Made by a program: the position numbers and the translations under genes
Source: Candidatus Cloacimonadales bacterium
GTDB taxonomy: Bacteria; Cloacimonadota; Cloacimonadia; Cloacimonadales; JAIOQZ01
DNA: 64,000 nt
Reading direction: 5' to 3'
Assembly (NCBI GenBank): GCA_963662655.2
Contig: CAXXTU010000002.1
Coordinates: forward strand, 1,152,001-1,216,000
The notes under the pieces: model-generated
The model's input: only the letters and a program-made list of their open reading frames with translations
The model's database searches: none
Told to the model about the DNA's origin: nothing
Part shown: piece by piece, positions 31,696 through 41,162 of the stretch
Numbering within the stretch: position 1 is the stretch's first letter
How the letters are laid out: each line of letters opens with the position of its first letter

Positions 31696-32085
31696 ATGAT
31701 GGAAGGTCGCAAAAGAATCCTGCAACTGGTCGCGGAGAACAAAATATCTCCCGCGGAAGCCTCCAGGCTCATCCACGCGCTGATCGAGAAGCAAATGATG
31801 GCGGAAAAGGCCCGTCAGTTTGTAATCAGCGTATGGAAGGAGAACGAAGAAAAACCCTCGATGCTGCTCAAGATTCCCATCAAGATGATCCAGCTCGGAG
31901 CGCGGTTCATCCCGCTGAAGGCCCACGTGGGTCTCACTGTGGACTGCAACGAGTTCGATTTCAGCGCCGTGAACTGGACGGAGATTTTCGAGATCGCCGC
32001 CCGTGGTGAAATCGACGACATCCTGAGCATCGATCTCCTCGATCAGGAAGGGAATCCCGTCAGCATTCGTATATACACAGAATAG
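31696..32085 (+). CDS. SHOCT-like domain protein of the DUF2089 operon
   Basis: RKRILQLVAENKISPAEASRLI...KIPI; RBS AAGGGAG. Confidence 0.75.
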   Translation: MMEGRKRILQLVAENKISPAEASRLIHALIEKQMMAEKARQFVISVWKENEEKPSMLLKIPIKMIQLGARFIPLKAHVGLTVDCNEFDFSAVNWTEIFEIAARGEIDDILSIDLLDQEGNPVSIRIYTE

Positions 32086-32095
32086 GAGTTTTCTC

Positions 32096-32254
32096 ATGAG
32101 GAATCCGATCTCTATCCTCCTGACCATGCTGAGACGTTTACGTCGTACAAAAGAGGAGCCGGCCGAGCCAGTCTCTCTCCTCTATGCTAACGACCGGCTC
32201 CGTTCATCGTCCCAGATAGTGCATACCCCAAAACAGCATGAATCAATCTGGTGA
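32096..32254 (+). CDS. Putative 52-aa small protein
   Basis: AGGAG RBS; MRNPISILLTMLRRLRRTKEEPAEPVSLLYANDRLRSSSQIVHTPKQHESIW; lies before the operon terminator. Confidence 0.4.
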   Translation: MRNPISILLTMLRRLRRTKEEPAEPVSLLYANDRLRSSSQIVHTPKQHESIW

Positions 32255-32268
32255 TTCCTCAACTCAAA

Positions 32269-32303
32269 AGGGAGACGATTCCCCATCGTCTCCCTGATTT
32301 TTT
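32269..32303 (+). terminator. Intrinsic terminator
   Basis: AGGGAGACGAT-TCCCC-ATCGTCTCCCT followed by a T-run. Confidence 0.8.
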
Positions 32304-32320
32304 ATAATATATAAATTCAT

Positions 32321-32478
32321 GCTCCGTGAGCAGGTTCGTTCGATCCGACGTGAAGGCGTGGTGTTACACTTCGTGAAGCGCGGCTCAATCGCTATGTAAC
32401 AAGTTATTATCCCATTCGCGCTGAACGATGTGTTATATCCACGACGGAGCGGCGCGATCGGGCGAAGATGCCACGGGC
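32321..32478 (+). repeat. Structured hairpin element, family A, copy 2
   Basis: CCGTG-A-GCAGGTTCGTTCGATC...GGTGTTACAC...GTGTTATATCC...GATCGGGCGAAGATGC-CACGG. Confidence 0.85.
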
Positions 32479-32548
32479 GGATACTCCGAAACAACATTTT
32501 CATTGACGATTCAACCCAATCTGCAAGGCTCACGTCGAAGGAAGTTCT

Positions 32549-33403
32549 ATGATCGGATATCTGAAGCTTTTCTACTATCTTGTGCGCCCGAATACGGTGT
32601 TTCTGCGCCGCATATCGAAGGGTATCGGCGACAACCTCCTCCTCTCGATGCTTGCACGAAAGCTGAAAGAGAAAGACGCCTCCACGTTCATCGTGGTGGA
32701 AACGCCCTACCCGGAGCTCTTCGAGAACAACCCGAACGTTGATTGGGCCATGCCGCTGCATTTCACAACCACGAAGCGCTTCATCAAGCCAAAGTACCAT
32801 ATCGACCCGTCCACTCAAATCCACCTGACGCAGCAGATGCTTCGCTATATCGGCATCGACGAGAAGGGAATCCCAGAACTGTACTTGACGCGAGAGGAAA
32901 TCGATGAAGCTCGCCGGCTCGTTCCTGGGAAATTCATCGCGATATGCCCGGAAGGCAAGCAAACCCACTCGGCCAACATCAAAGAGTGGGATGTGGATCG
33001 ATTCCAGAGAGTCGTTGATTTGCTTCCCGATCACCGGTTCGTCCAGATCGGGGCCAAAGGCGGTATTTTACTGGAAGGCGTTCAGGACATGCGGGGACTT
33101 CCCCTGCGCGAGAGCGCCGCGATCATGGCGAACGCCGATCTCTTCGTCGGTCTCGAAGGCGGCCTCATGCACATGTCCAGGGCGGTAGGAACACGGTCCG
33201 TCGTTATCTACGGCGGCTTTATCCATCCACGCGTTTCGGCCTACGATAACGATATCGTCATCTATATTGGCGTGGATTGCTCGCCCTGCTTCACATCGGA
33301 TGTCCCGAACAGACACTGCGATCACAAGAAATGCATGACGGCTATCTCTCCGGAGATGGTCATTGATTCAATCCGAATGGAGCTTGATTCAGGAACGCAA
33401 TAA
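32549..33403 (+). CDS. Glycosyltransferase family 9 (heptosyltransferase-like)
   Basis: GIGDNLL, LFENNPNV, KEW, LRESAAIM..ADLFVGLEGGLMH, CSPC...C..KKCM.AISPE. Confidence 0.85.
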   Translation: MIGYLKLFYYLVRPNTVFLRRISKGIGDNLLLSMLARKLKEKDASTFIVVETPYPELFENNPNVDWAMPLHFTTTKRFIKPKYHIDPSTQIHLTQQMLRYIGIDEKGIPELYLTREEIDEARRLVPGKFIAICPEGKQTHSANIKEWDVDRFQRVVDLLPDHRFVQIGAKGGILLEGVQDMRGLPLRESAAIMANADLFVGLEGGLMHMSRAVGTRSVVIYGGFIHPRVSAYDNDIVIYIGVDCSPCFTSDVPNRHCDHKKCMTAISPEMVIDSIRMELDSGTQ

Positions 33404-33417
33404 CTACCGTTGGCAGG

Positions 33418-34344
33418 TTAAATCTTTTCCAGAATCTTTCGGACCGTATTGTATCGAGTGCGATACTTCGCCCTCTTCCCCGAACTGCCGTGTATCATTT
33501 TTGTGTAGAATTGAAGCGACTTCCATGAGAACACCAGGCGTAGGAGCATCCGAATCAGGCTGTGGCGATGGAAATGATGTTTTTTTATATAATGTAGAGC
33601 GCTCTCCTTCTCAGCTACCTTGAAGATGTCGTACTCTCCTACAGGAAGCGAATCCCGCGTTGCGCAATGCTTGTGAAGCGCTTTGTACTGAGGAAACCAG
33701 TGGTTATGCTTCCCGGTAACATCGCGAACCATCTTGCACAGATCAACATCCTCGTAATACATGAAGATGCCGTCATCGAATCCCCCGACTCGATCGAAAT
33801 CGACTTTTCGTATCAGCATCAAAGCGCCCGTTACCCAATCCACAACGATTTCACGTTGATAATCCGTCCTGTAATTCGCGTACCTGCGACAGTATTTCGA
33901 GGGTATCTTCTTGCACAGGGGGATTTCATTCGCGACAACGAGCATTGGTGGCGGGAAGAAGGAGAAGGTCTTTTGCGACGATCCGTCGGGCAATACCAGT
34001 TTGGTACCGGAAATCCCCGCGTTGAGCTGTTTGTGCTTCTCGATAAGCTCCGCCAGGAAATCCTCCTGGATGATGATGTCCGAATTCAGGATAAGAAGAA
34101 AATCCCCCTCGGCGTGCCTCACCCCGAGGTTCATTGCACGCCCATAGCCGAGATTCTCCGCGGATTCAATGACCTGCACTCCGCTGAACGGATCTCGTAT
34201 CCTCCGCACCGAGTCGTCCCCCGATGCGTTATCCACGACGATGATCTCGCTGGAAATCGAATGGATGTTCTCTAGAATGCTGGCGATGCATTCGCAAGTC
34301 ATCTCCGGTGTACGGTAGTTTACAATAATAATCGATACTTCCAT
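33418..34344 (-). CDS. Glycosyltransferase family 2
   Basis: VSIIIVNY, IIVVDNASGD, NLGYGRAMN, LNSD, WVTGALML, GFDDGIFMYYEDVDLC. Confidence 0.92.
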   Translation of the reverse strand: MEVSIIIVNYRTPEMTCECIASILENIHSISSEIIVVDNASGDDSVRRIRDPFSGVQVIESAENLGYGRAMNLGVRHAEGDFLLILNSDIIIQEDFLAELIEKHKQLNAGISGTKLVLPDGSSQKTFSFFPPPMLVVANEIPLCKKIPSKYCRRYANYRTDYQREIVVDWVTGALMLIRKVDFDRVGGFDDGIFMYYEDVDLCKMVRDVTGKHNHWFPQYKALHKHCATRDSLPVGEYDIFKVAEKESALHYIKKHHFHRHSLIRMLLRLVFSWKSLQFYTKMIHGSSGKRAKYRTRYNTVRKILEKI

Positions 34345-34648
34345 GGGGCAATGAGCGGAGCTCAAATATTTTTGTCAACTCTGATCTGATGCATGAACGG
34401 AAACGATAAATCCCGCTTCTGAGTCATACTGTTTCTCATAGCAGATACCTCCAGACGCAATTTCAGCTCTAAATGCTTCGTCTAGCCCGAGATAAATCTT
34501 TTTGCACATGAGAAACTATATATACGGGATTCCCGGACATCGGTTTTATATCCGGGAAATCATTGACAATTGATCCTTGTTATGCTCGTGTTGTGAATGT
34601 GTGTAATTCTCGAATTCACATCTGACTACACGATAATGAGGTACATTT

Positions 34649-34876
34649 ATGCCAGGATTCGAACCCGTCACACTCGATCAATGGATCGAAGATATCCTTC
34701 GGAAATACCCTGATTCACAGGATTTCCTGAGCAAGCGTGGGATCGTTTGCGTTATGTGCGGAGAGCCTGTTTGGGGTTCTCTGGATGAGCAGATGGATGA
34801 GAAAGGTTTCGACGACGCAAAGAAAAAACAACTTCTAGAATCGCTCAATGAATTCCTTGAAATCCAAAAAGGATAG
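34649..34876 (+). CDS. Small DUF1858-like protein
   Basis: IEDILRKYP...FL..RGIVCVMCGE..WGSL; RBS GAGG. Confidence 0.7.
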   Translation: MPGFEPVTLDQWIEDILRKYPDSQDFLSKRGIVCVMCGEPVWGSLDEQMDEKGFDDAKKKQLLESLNEFLEIQKG

Positions 34877-34906
34877 GTTTAAAGTTCGTAAAGAAATAAA
34901 TTGTGG

Positions 34907-34936
34907 TTGACACGTGTTGTGATTCATGACTATTAT
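34907..34936 (+). promoter_or_regulatory. Sigma-70-type promoter of the oxidoreductase operon
   Basis: TTGACA-N18-TATTAT. Confidence 0.5.
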
Positions 34937-35030
34937 GACCAGTTATTTCTGTTTTTTAACGAAGTAGCGCGATTATAATAAAATACAATCTGCGCGAAAT
35001 CCGCATTTCCCGCAGTGAAGGAGGATGTGA

Positions 35031-36323
35031 ATGCTTGAAATGCAGATCGAGAAAATGCATCAGGCTCACAAGATTGTTGCCGACGCTCCCTTCGAAATTG
35101 TGCAGTTGAATCGCGGTTATGCCAATCGCACATTGCACATTGACATCAGTTCGAACACAATTGAAACCAAGCCCGTTACCCAGCAGATGAAAGACCTTTG
35201 GATCGGTGGGAAAGGATTCGACCTTTGGCTCACCTTTCAGTTAATCAACAGGGATACCAAATGGGACAGCCCTGAAAATCCCCTGTGCTTCAGCTCGGGG
35301 CCGCTTGGTGGCACAACTTCATTCCCGGGTTCTGGTAAAACCATTGCCACGACGATCTCACCTCTCACCCACTCAATGATGGACTGCAACGTCGGTGGAT
35401 ATTTCGGACCCTACCTGAAATTTGCAGGATTCGACGCGTTGAGCGTAGCCGGAAAGGCCGATGAGGAAACCATCGTTGTCATCGATGCCGTGAAAGCGCG
35501 CATCACCATCGAGCAAGCGCCGATGGAAAGCGTCGATTCACATCTCCTTGCGGAAGAGCTTACAGAAATGTACGCCGACGACGAGCTGGACAAGCGAAAC
35601 ATCGCCATCATCTCGGCAGGTCGCGGCGCTCAGCATAGCCGTATGGGCGTTCTCAATTTTTCATTTTACGACTGGCGTCGTCGCGTGGCTCGTCTCAAAC
35701 AAGCCGGCCGCGGCGGTTTGGGAACCGTGTTCCGCGATAAAAAACTCAAAGCGATCGTTATCAAGAATCGCGGGATTACACCTGCGTGGCGCGTGCACGA
35801 AAGCAAGGCCGCCCTCAAGATGCGCCCGAAAGAGCTCAAGAAGGTTCCCGACGAAAAGATGCACACCATCTGCGACATCATCGCCAAGTGGAACCGCGAT
35901 CCCGAGTACGTCATCGAGATGATGCAGGACATACAGAACGAGTTCCGCTGTATACCGCAGGCTGCGATCGACGAGCTGACCGCGCAGACGGGAACGCCCC
36001 GTTCCTGGCTCTATCATATCGCTACATTCTATAAAGCTTTCAGTCTGGAAGAAAAAGGCGAAACCATCATCCAGGTCTGTATGGGAACCGCATGCCACGT
36101 GAAAGGCTCCGCGAAGATTCTCGATGAATTCGAGCGCGAGTTGGGCTGCCCCGTGGGCGGAACGACCGAAGACCGCAAGTTCAGCCTGGAAGGCGTTGCC
36201 TGCCTGGGAGCGTGCTCCATCGCGCCGGTGGTGAAAATCGGCGAGGAAGTTCACGGCGGCGTGCAGGTCAAGGACGTCAGGAAACTGATCGAACAAGCCA
36301 AGAAGGAGAAGAACCATGCGTAA
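35031..36323 (+). CDS. Fusion: aldehyde:ferredoxin oxidoreductase N-terminal domain + NuoE/HydC-like [2Fe-2S] domain
   Basis: GYANRTLHIDIS, IGGKG, ISPLT, GGYFGPYLKFAGFD, AGRGGLGTV..KKLKAIVI; then ATFYKAF, VCMGTACHVKG, VACLGACSIAP. Confidence 0.9.
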   Translation: MLEMQIEKMHQAHKIVADAPFEIVQLNRGYANRTLHIDISSNTIETKPVTQQMKDLWIGGKGFDLWLTFQLINRDTKWDSPENPLCFSSGPLGGTTSFPGSGKTIATTISPLTHSMMDCNVGGYFGPYLKFAGFDALSVAGKADEETIVVIDAVKARITIEQAPMESVDSHLLAEELTEMYADDELDKRNIAIISAGRGAQHSRMGVLNFSFYDWRRRVARLKQAGRGGLGTVFRDKKLKAIVIKNRGITPAWRVHESKAALKMRPKELKKVPDEKMHTICDIIAKWNRDPEYVIEMMQDIQNEFRCIPQAAIDELTAQTGTPRSWLYHIATFYKAFSLEEKGETIIQVCMGTACHVKGSAKILDEFERELGCPVGGTTEDRKFSLEGVACLGACSIAPVVKIGEEVHGGVQVKDVRKLIEQAKKEKNHA

Positions 36324-38196
36324 ACTCTCACCCCATGATATTCCTCGCATCGCCGGTGAAGAGAAAGCACGTCAGGCAGCCTGGAAAGGCATGCTGATGG
36401 TATGTACGGGAACCGGCTGCGTTTCCGCGCATGGCTTCGATATTCTTCACGCGCTCCAGAAAGAGATTAAGGACGCCGGACTGGATAACGAGTGGGTCGC
36501 AGTGGGAACCGGATGTAACGGTTTCTGCGCAGCGGGTCCCATCGTCGTGGTCCAGCCGCAGGGCGTGTTCTATCAGAAAGTGAAAATCGAAGATACAAAG
36601 ACGATCGTCGATGAGCACCTCAAGGGCGGAAGTCCCGTTGAAAAGCTCCTGTTCAAGGATCCGGTCAGCGGAGTTGTCGCTCAAACGATGGACGAGATCG
36701 GCTTCTTCCGTAAACAAGAGCTGATCGCGCTTCGCAACAAAGGTCTCATCGATCCCGAGAATATACAACACTATATCGCGCGGGGCGGATACGACGCATT
36801 GCGCAAAATCCTCGAACGCCAGGAGCCGGAGGCCGTGATCGATGAAATCATCGCCTCGGGAATCCGCGGACGCGGCGGCGGCGGCTTCCCCTCCGGAATC
36901 AAATGGAGATCGGGTCGCAAGGCAGCCGAAGATCGCAACGAGGAAATCTACGTGGTTTGTAACGCCGACGAAGGCGATCCGGGTGCGTACATGGATCGCA
37001 GCATCATCGAGACCGACCCGCACTCCGTAATCGAAGGTATGCTGATCGGCGGTTTCGCCGTTGGAGCGAAGGAAGGCTTCGTCTACATGCGCAAGGAATA
37101 CCCGCTGGCCATGGATCGTCTGCACATCGCGATCGACCAGGCAAGGGAGGCGGGTCTTCTGGGTGAAAACATCCTCGGCACAAGTTTCTCGTTCGACATC
37201 CGCGTTCACCGCGGCGCAGGCGCGTTCGTCTGTGGCGAATCGACCGCGCTCATGGCATCGATGTCCGGTCGTGCGGGTGAACCGCGTGCGAAATACGTAC
37301 ACAATGTGGAATATGGATATAGAGATAAACCGACCGTCCTGAACAACGTCGAGACCTGGGCGAACATCCCCGTCATTATCGAAAAGGGAGCTCAGTGGTT
37401 CGCGAGTATCGGCTCGGGCGACGTGAGCGAAAGTCCGTGGGGCGGCTCCAGCGGCGCGAAGGTATTCTCGCTGGTGGGAGACATCCGCAACACGGGGCTC
37501 GTGGAAGCGCCAATGGGAATATCGCTTCGTGAGATCATTGAGGATATCGGCGGCGGTATCCCTAACGGACGGCAGTTCAAAGCCGTGCAGACGGGCGGAC
37601 CGAGCGGCGGCTGTATCCCCGCTTCCATGTTGGACATGCCGGTCGATTTCGATTCACTTACCGAAGCCGGCTCCATGATGGGCTCCGGCGGTATGATCGT
37701 GATGGACGACCACACCTGCATGGTGGACGTAGCGCGCTACTTCGTCGATTTTCTCGTCGATGAGAGCTGCGGAAAGTGCACGCCGTGTCGCGAGGGACTC
37801 TACCACATGCGAAACATCCTTCAGCGCATCTGCGACGGCGAAGGAAAAGAGAGCGACATCGATACCCTGGAAGAGCTGGCGAACACCATTCGCGAAACCA
37901 GCCTCTGCCAGCTAGGCGCGAGTGCGCCCAATCCTGTGCTTTCCACGCTGCGCTACTTCCGCGATGAATACGAAGAACACATCCGTGACAGGAAATGCCG
38001 CGCCGGCGTTTGTAAAGCGCTGATCCGCTACGAAATCAACGACAAGTGTATCGGTTGTACCGCGTGCGCGAGGGCCTGCCCGGTCAACGCGATTACCGGT
38101 GAAACCAAAAAGCTGCACGTTATCGACGCGGAGGCCTGCATCAAGTGCGGCATCTGCTACGAAACCTGTAAATTCGGCGCTGTGGAGGTGAAGTAA
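36316..38196 (+). CDS. NuoF/HydB-like FMN/NADH-binding subunit with N-terminal [2Fe-2S] and C-terminal 2x[4Fe-4S]
   Basis: VCTGTGC..CNGFC, GRGGGGFP, NADEGDPGAYMDR, GAGAFVCGE, ESCGKCTPCREG, CIGCTACARACP, CIKCGICYETC. Confidence 0.93.
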   Translation: MRKLSPHDIPRIAGEEKARQAAWKGMLMVCTGTGCVSAHGFDILHALQKEIKDAGLDNEWVAVGTGCNGFCAAGPIVVVQPQGVFYQKVKIEDTKTIVDEHLKGGSPVEKLLFKDPVSGVVAQTMDEIGFFRKQELIALRNKGLIDPENIQHYIARGGYDALRKILERQEPEAVIDEIIASGIRGRGGGGFPSGIKWRSGRKAAEDRNEEIYVVCNADEGDPGAYMDRSIIETDPHSVIEGMLIGGFAVGAKEGFVYMRKEYPLAMDRLHIAIDQAREAGLLGENILGTSFSFDIRVHRGAGAFVCGESTALMASMSGRAGEPRAKYVHNVEYGYRDKPTVLNNVETWANIPVIIEKGAQWFASIGSGDVSESPWGGSSGAKVFSLVGDIRNTGLVEAPMGISLREIIEDIGGGIPNGRQFKAVQTGGPSGGCIPASMLDMPVDFDSLTEAGSMMGSGGMIVMDDHTCMVDVARYFVDFLVDESCGKCTPCREGLYHMRNILQRICDGEGKESDIDTLEELANTIRETSLCQLGASAPNPVLSTLRYFRDEYEEHIRDRKCRAGVCKALIRYEINDKCIGCTACARACPVNAITGETKKLHVIDAEACIKCGICYETCKFGAVEVK

Positions 38197-40187
38197 TGGA
38201 AAAGGTCAATATCATCATCAACGGCAAAGAAGTAACCGTCCCGAAAGATACCTACCTGCTCAAGGCGATGCAGAACGAGGGAATCACCGTTCCGACGCTG
38301 TGCCACCACAAGGATCTTACTCCTTCCGGCACGTGCCGTCTCTGCGTGGTCGAGATCGAGCAGAACGGGAAAAAGAAAATCGTTACGAGTTGCAACTATC
38401 CGGTTCGCAGCGAGATAAAAGTAGAAACCGATAGCGAGCGGATCAAGCAGCATCGCAAGATACTGGCGGAACTCTACCTCGGTCGCTGGCCCAACGTGCC
38501 GGTGATCAAAGATATCGCCAAACGCTGCGGTGTTTCGGAGAGCCGTTTCACGAGTGAAATGACCGAAGAGAGCGAGAAGGCTTGCATCCTCTGTACACAT
38601 TGCGTACGCGGCTGCCACGAGTTCATCATGGAAGACATCCTCGATTTCGCCGGACGCGGAATCAAGCGCCACCTGACGATGCCATTCGGTGAAGTCGATC
38701 CGCATTGCATCGGCTGCACGAGTTGCGCATACGTCTGCCCCACCGGAGCGATCGAGGTGGTTGACGATCTCCAGAATCCGGTCAATCCGCAATTGATCCG
38801 TGATTACGGAATGCGCATCAACGCCGAGATGGCTACGCTGGACAAGAACCAGTGCCGCATGCGCGAAGTCGGAACCGCAAACATCGTCGATGTCATGGAC
38901 GCTTACGATCTGCTACCGGTGCACAACTATAAGTTCGGCAAGCATGAGAATACCAAGAATATCGATTCGAAAATGCTGAAGAAGAAGTATTTCACCCAGC
39001 AAATGCCGGATGGTTGCTGGAAAGGCTGTTCGATGGCGTGCGCCAAGACGGTGGATGGCTTCGAGCTGAAGACTGGCCCCTACAAAGGCGAGAAAGTATG
39101 TGTGGATGGACCGGAATACGAAACCGCAGCCGGCGCTGCCAACATGGGCTGTTTCGATGCCGACTTCCTGGTGGAATTCAACTTCTACTGCGATACATAC
39201 GGTGTGGACACCATCTCCATGGCTACCTGTACCGCCTTCGTGATGGAAGCATTCGAAGCAGGCCAGATCACGACCGAGCACACGGGCGGTCTCGTCCTCA
39301 ACTTCGGGGCCACGGACGCTGTCCTCGAAATGTTACACCAGATGGCTCGCGGAGAAGGGTTCGGCGTGGACGTCGGACAGGGTATCCGCTGGCTGAAGAA
39401 TAAGTGGGCCAAAGAATACGGAGCCGACGGCGATTTCCTTCAGGACATCGGTATGGAGATCAAGGGCCTGGAATATTCCGAGTATGTCTGCAAGGAATCT
39501 CTCGCACAGCAGGTGGGATATTCAGCCGCAGTAAAAGGTCCTCAGCACGACGAGGCTTGGCTGATCTTCATGGACATGGTCAACAACCAGATTCCGACCT
39601 TCGAGAACAAAGCGGAAGCGCTCTATTACTACCCGCTCTGGCGCACATGGTTTGGCTTGCTCGGCCTCTGTAAGCTCGTCTGGAACGATGTCGTTCCTCT
39701 CGATAACAGCAAGTTTCCGCCTCCGGTCGCAGCTAAGGTTCCCGGCCATGTGGAAGACTTCTTCAAGTTCTTCGAAGGTATGACGGGAATACCGCTGGAT
39801 GAGGAGAAGATGCTGGCGCAATCGGCTCGCGTCCACAACCTCCAGCGAATTATGTCTCGCATGCTGGGCTACGGAACGCGTAAGGACGATATACCGCCTT
39901 ACCGCGCTGTTGGCCCGGTGACCGAGGAAGAATTTCTCTCGCGTCAGGAGCGGTTCGACAAACAGCTCAAGGAATTGCTGGGACTCGATCCGGAGAAAAT
40001 GCAGCTCGATGAGAAACGTAAAGTACTGCGAGAGTATCGCTATCAACAATACAACAAAGCGCTCGATGCCGCTTACGAAAGACGTGGATGGACCCGGGAT
40101 GGCGTTCCGAAAGTCGAGCGTCTCAAGGAACTCGGTATCGATCTGCCGGAGCTGATTGCCATTATCCAGAATGATCAATCCGCATGA
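38196..40187 (+). CDS. Fusion: NuoG/HydA-like N-terminal Fe-S domains + aldehyde:ferredoxin oxidoreductase C-terminal domains
   Basis: PTLC..GTCRLC..TSC; CILCTHCVRGC; CIGCTSCAYVCPTGA; then LPVHNY, CWKGCSMAC, GPEYET, CDTYGVDTIS, KGLE, YERRGW..DGVP. Confidence 0.9.
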   Translation: MEKVNIIINGKEVTVPKDTYLLKAMQNEGITVPTLCHHKDLTPSGTCRLCVVEIEQNGKKKIVTSCNYPVRSEIKVETDSERIKQHRKILAELYLGRWPNVPVIKDIAKRCGVSESRFTSEMTEESEKACILCTHCVRGCHEFIMEDILDFAGRGIKRHLTMPFGEVDPHCIGCTSCAYVCPTGAIEVVDDLQNPVNPQLIRDYGMRINAEMATLDKNQCRMREVGTANIVDVMDAYDLLPVHNYKFGKHENTKNIDSKMLKKKYFTQQMPDGCWKGCSMACAKTVDGFELKTGPYKGEKVCVDGPEYETAAGAANMGCFDADFLVEFNFYCDTYGVDTISMATCTAFVMEAFEAGQITTEHTGGLVLNFGATDAVLEMLHQMARGEGFGVDVGQGIRWLKNKWAKEYGADGDFLQDIGMEIKGLEYSEYVCKESLAQQVGYSAAVKGPQHDEAWLIFMDMVNNQIPTFENKAEALYYYPLWRTWFGLLGLCKLVWNDVVPLDNSKFPPPVAAKVPGHVEDFFKFFEGMTGIPLDEEKMLAQSARVHNLQRIMSRMLGYGTRKDDIPPYRAVGPVTEEEFLSRQERFDKQLKELLGLDPEKMQLDEKRKVLREYRYQQYNKALDAAYERRGWTRDGVPKVERLKELGIDLPELIAIIQNDQSA

Positions 40188-40800
40188 GCTTTTCGCCCGT
40201 AACGTGCCCGGATCCACCGAAGCGCTTCAAAACGCTGCGGTGGGTCTGGCCGGTTGCGGCGGATTGGGCTCTAATGTTGCCGTCGCCCTGGCGAGAGCCG
40301 GGATCGGAAAGCTGATCCTCGCCGATTACGATCGCGTTGAATTAAGCAATTTAAATCGGCAACACTATTTTCTTTCCGATGTGGGAAAGTACAAGACAGA
40401 AGCTCTGTCAGACCATTTGAGGAACATCAACCCGCAAATAAAAATCGAACTTTTCATAAAAAAACTTGCGCCTGCCGATATAATCACAATTTTTGGTCAA
40501 GCTGACGTTCTGATCGAAGCATTCGACAGAGCGGAAGCGAAGCAGTGGTTGATTGAGACATGGAGCAAGGCCTTTCCCAGCAGACCGATTATCGTTGGTA
40601 ACGGACTTGCCGGCTTGGGTGCAACAGAATCGCTTATCGTCCGTAGAATGGGACATATCTGGTTTTGCGGCGACGGCTTCAGCGACGCGAATATCGGGCT
40701 TTCAGCTCCACGCGTCGGGATCGTGGCGATGATGCAAGCGAATGTCGCAATCGAACTTCTTGGAAAGGAATCTCATGATACTGGTCAACGACCGAGATGA
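40171..40800 (+). CDS. thiF: ThiF/MoeB-family sulfur-carrier adenylyltransferase
   Basis: GLAGCGGLGS, DYDRVELSNLNRQ, EAFD, APRVGIVA. Confidence 0.82.
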   Translation: MINPHELFARNVPGSTEALQNAAVGLAGCGGLGSNVAVALARAGIGKLILADYDRVELSNLNRQHYFLSDVGKYKTEALSDHLRNINPQIKIELFIKKLAPADIITIFGQADVLIEAFDRAEAKQWLIETWSKAFPSRPIIVGNGLAGLGATESLIVRRMGHIWFCGDGFSDANIGLSAPRVGIVAMMQANVAIELLGKESHDTGQRPR

Positions 40801-40975
40801 AGTTAGGTTTCACGAAGGTATAACCGTACGGGAAGTTCTGGACGCGATGGGCTATGATTGGGCATTATTGACCGTAACAGTCAACGAAACATTTGTCCCT
40901 CCGGAAGAATATCGCGCCTATGTCGTTCCCGACAACGCCGATTTCAAGGCGATGCATCTGTTCCATGGCGGATGA
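40775..40975 (+). CDS. thiS: ThiS/MoaD-family sulfur carrier
   Basis: 66 aa ubiquitin-like size, MILVN..., C-terminal HGG. Confidence 0.8.
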   Translation: MILVNDRDEVRFHEGITVREVLDAMGYDWALLTVTVNETFVPPEEYRAYVVPDNADFKAMHLFHGG

Positions 40976-41162
40976 TCTAACGATCGTCTTCGTTGGGTTA
41001 GTTGAACTCAAATGAAAAAAAGACTGAATATTAAGATTATCAATCGTAATCCACGATTCAATGCGCATTTTATGAGCGTTTTCGCCAACGAATAACGAAC
41101 ACATCCTGTATTTCTACAAATCAATCTGACACTATAAATCTATCTACATGGAGGAAAACACT

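Noticed and set aside
35031..40187. [FeFe]-hydrogenase, formate dehydrogenase or complex I
   Set aside because: No H-cluster motifs, no Mo-bisPGD catalytic domain and no membrane Nuo subunits; the catalytic parts are AOR-type
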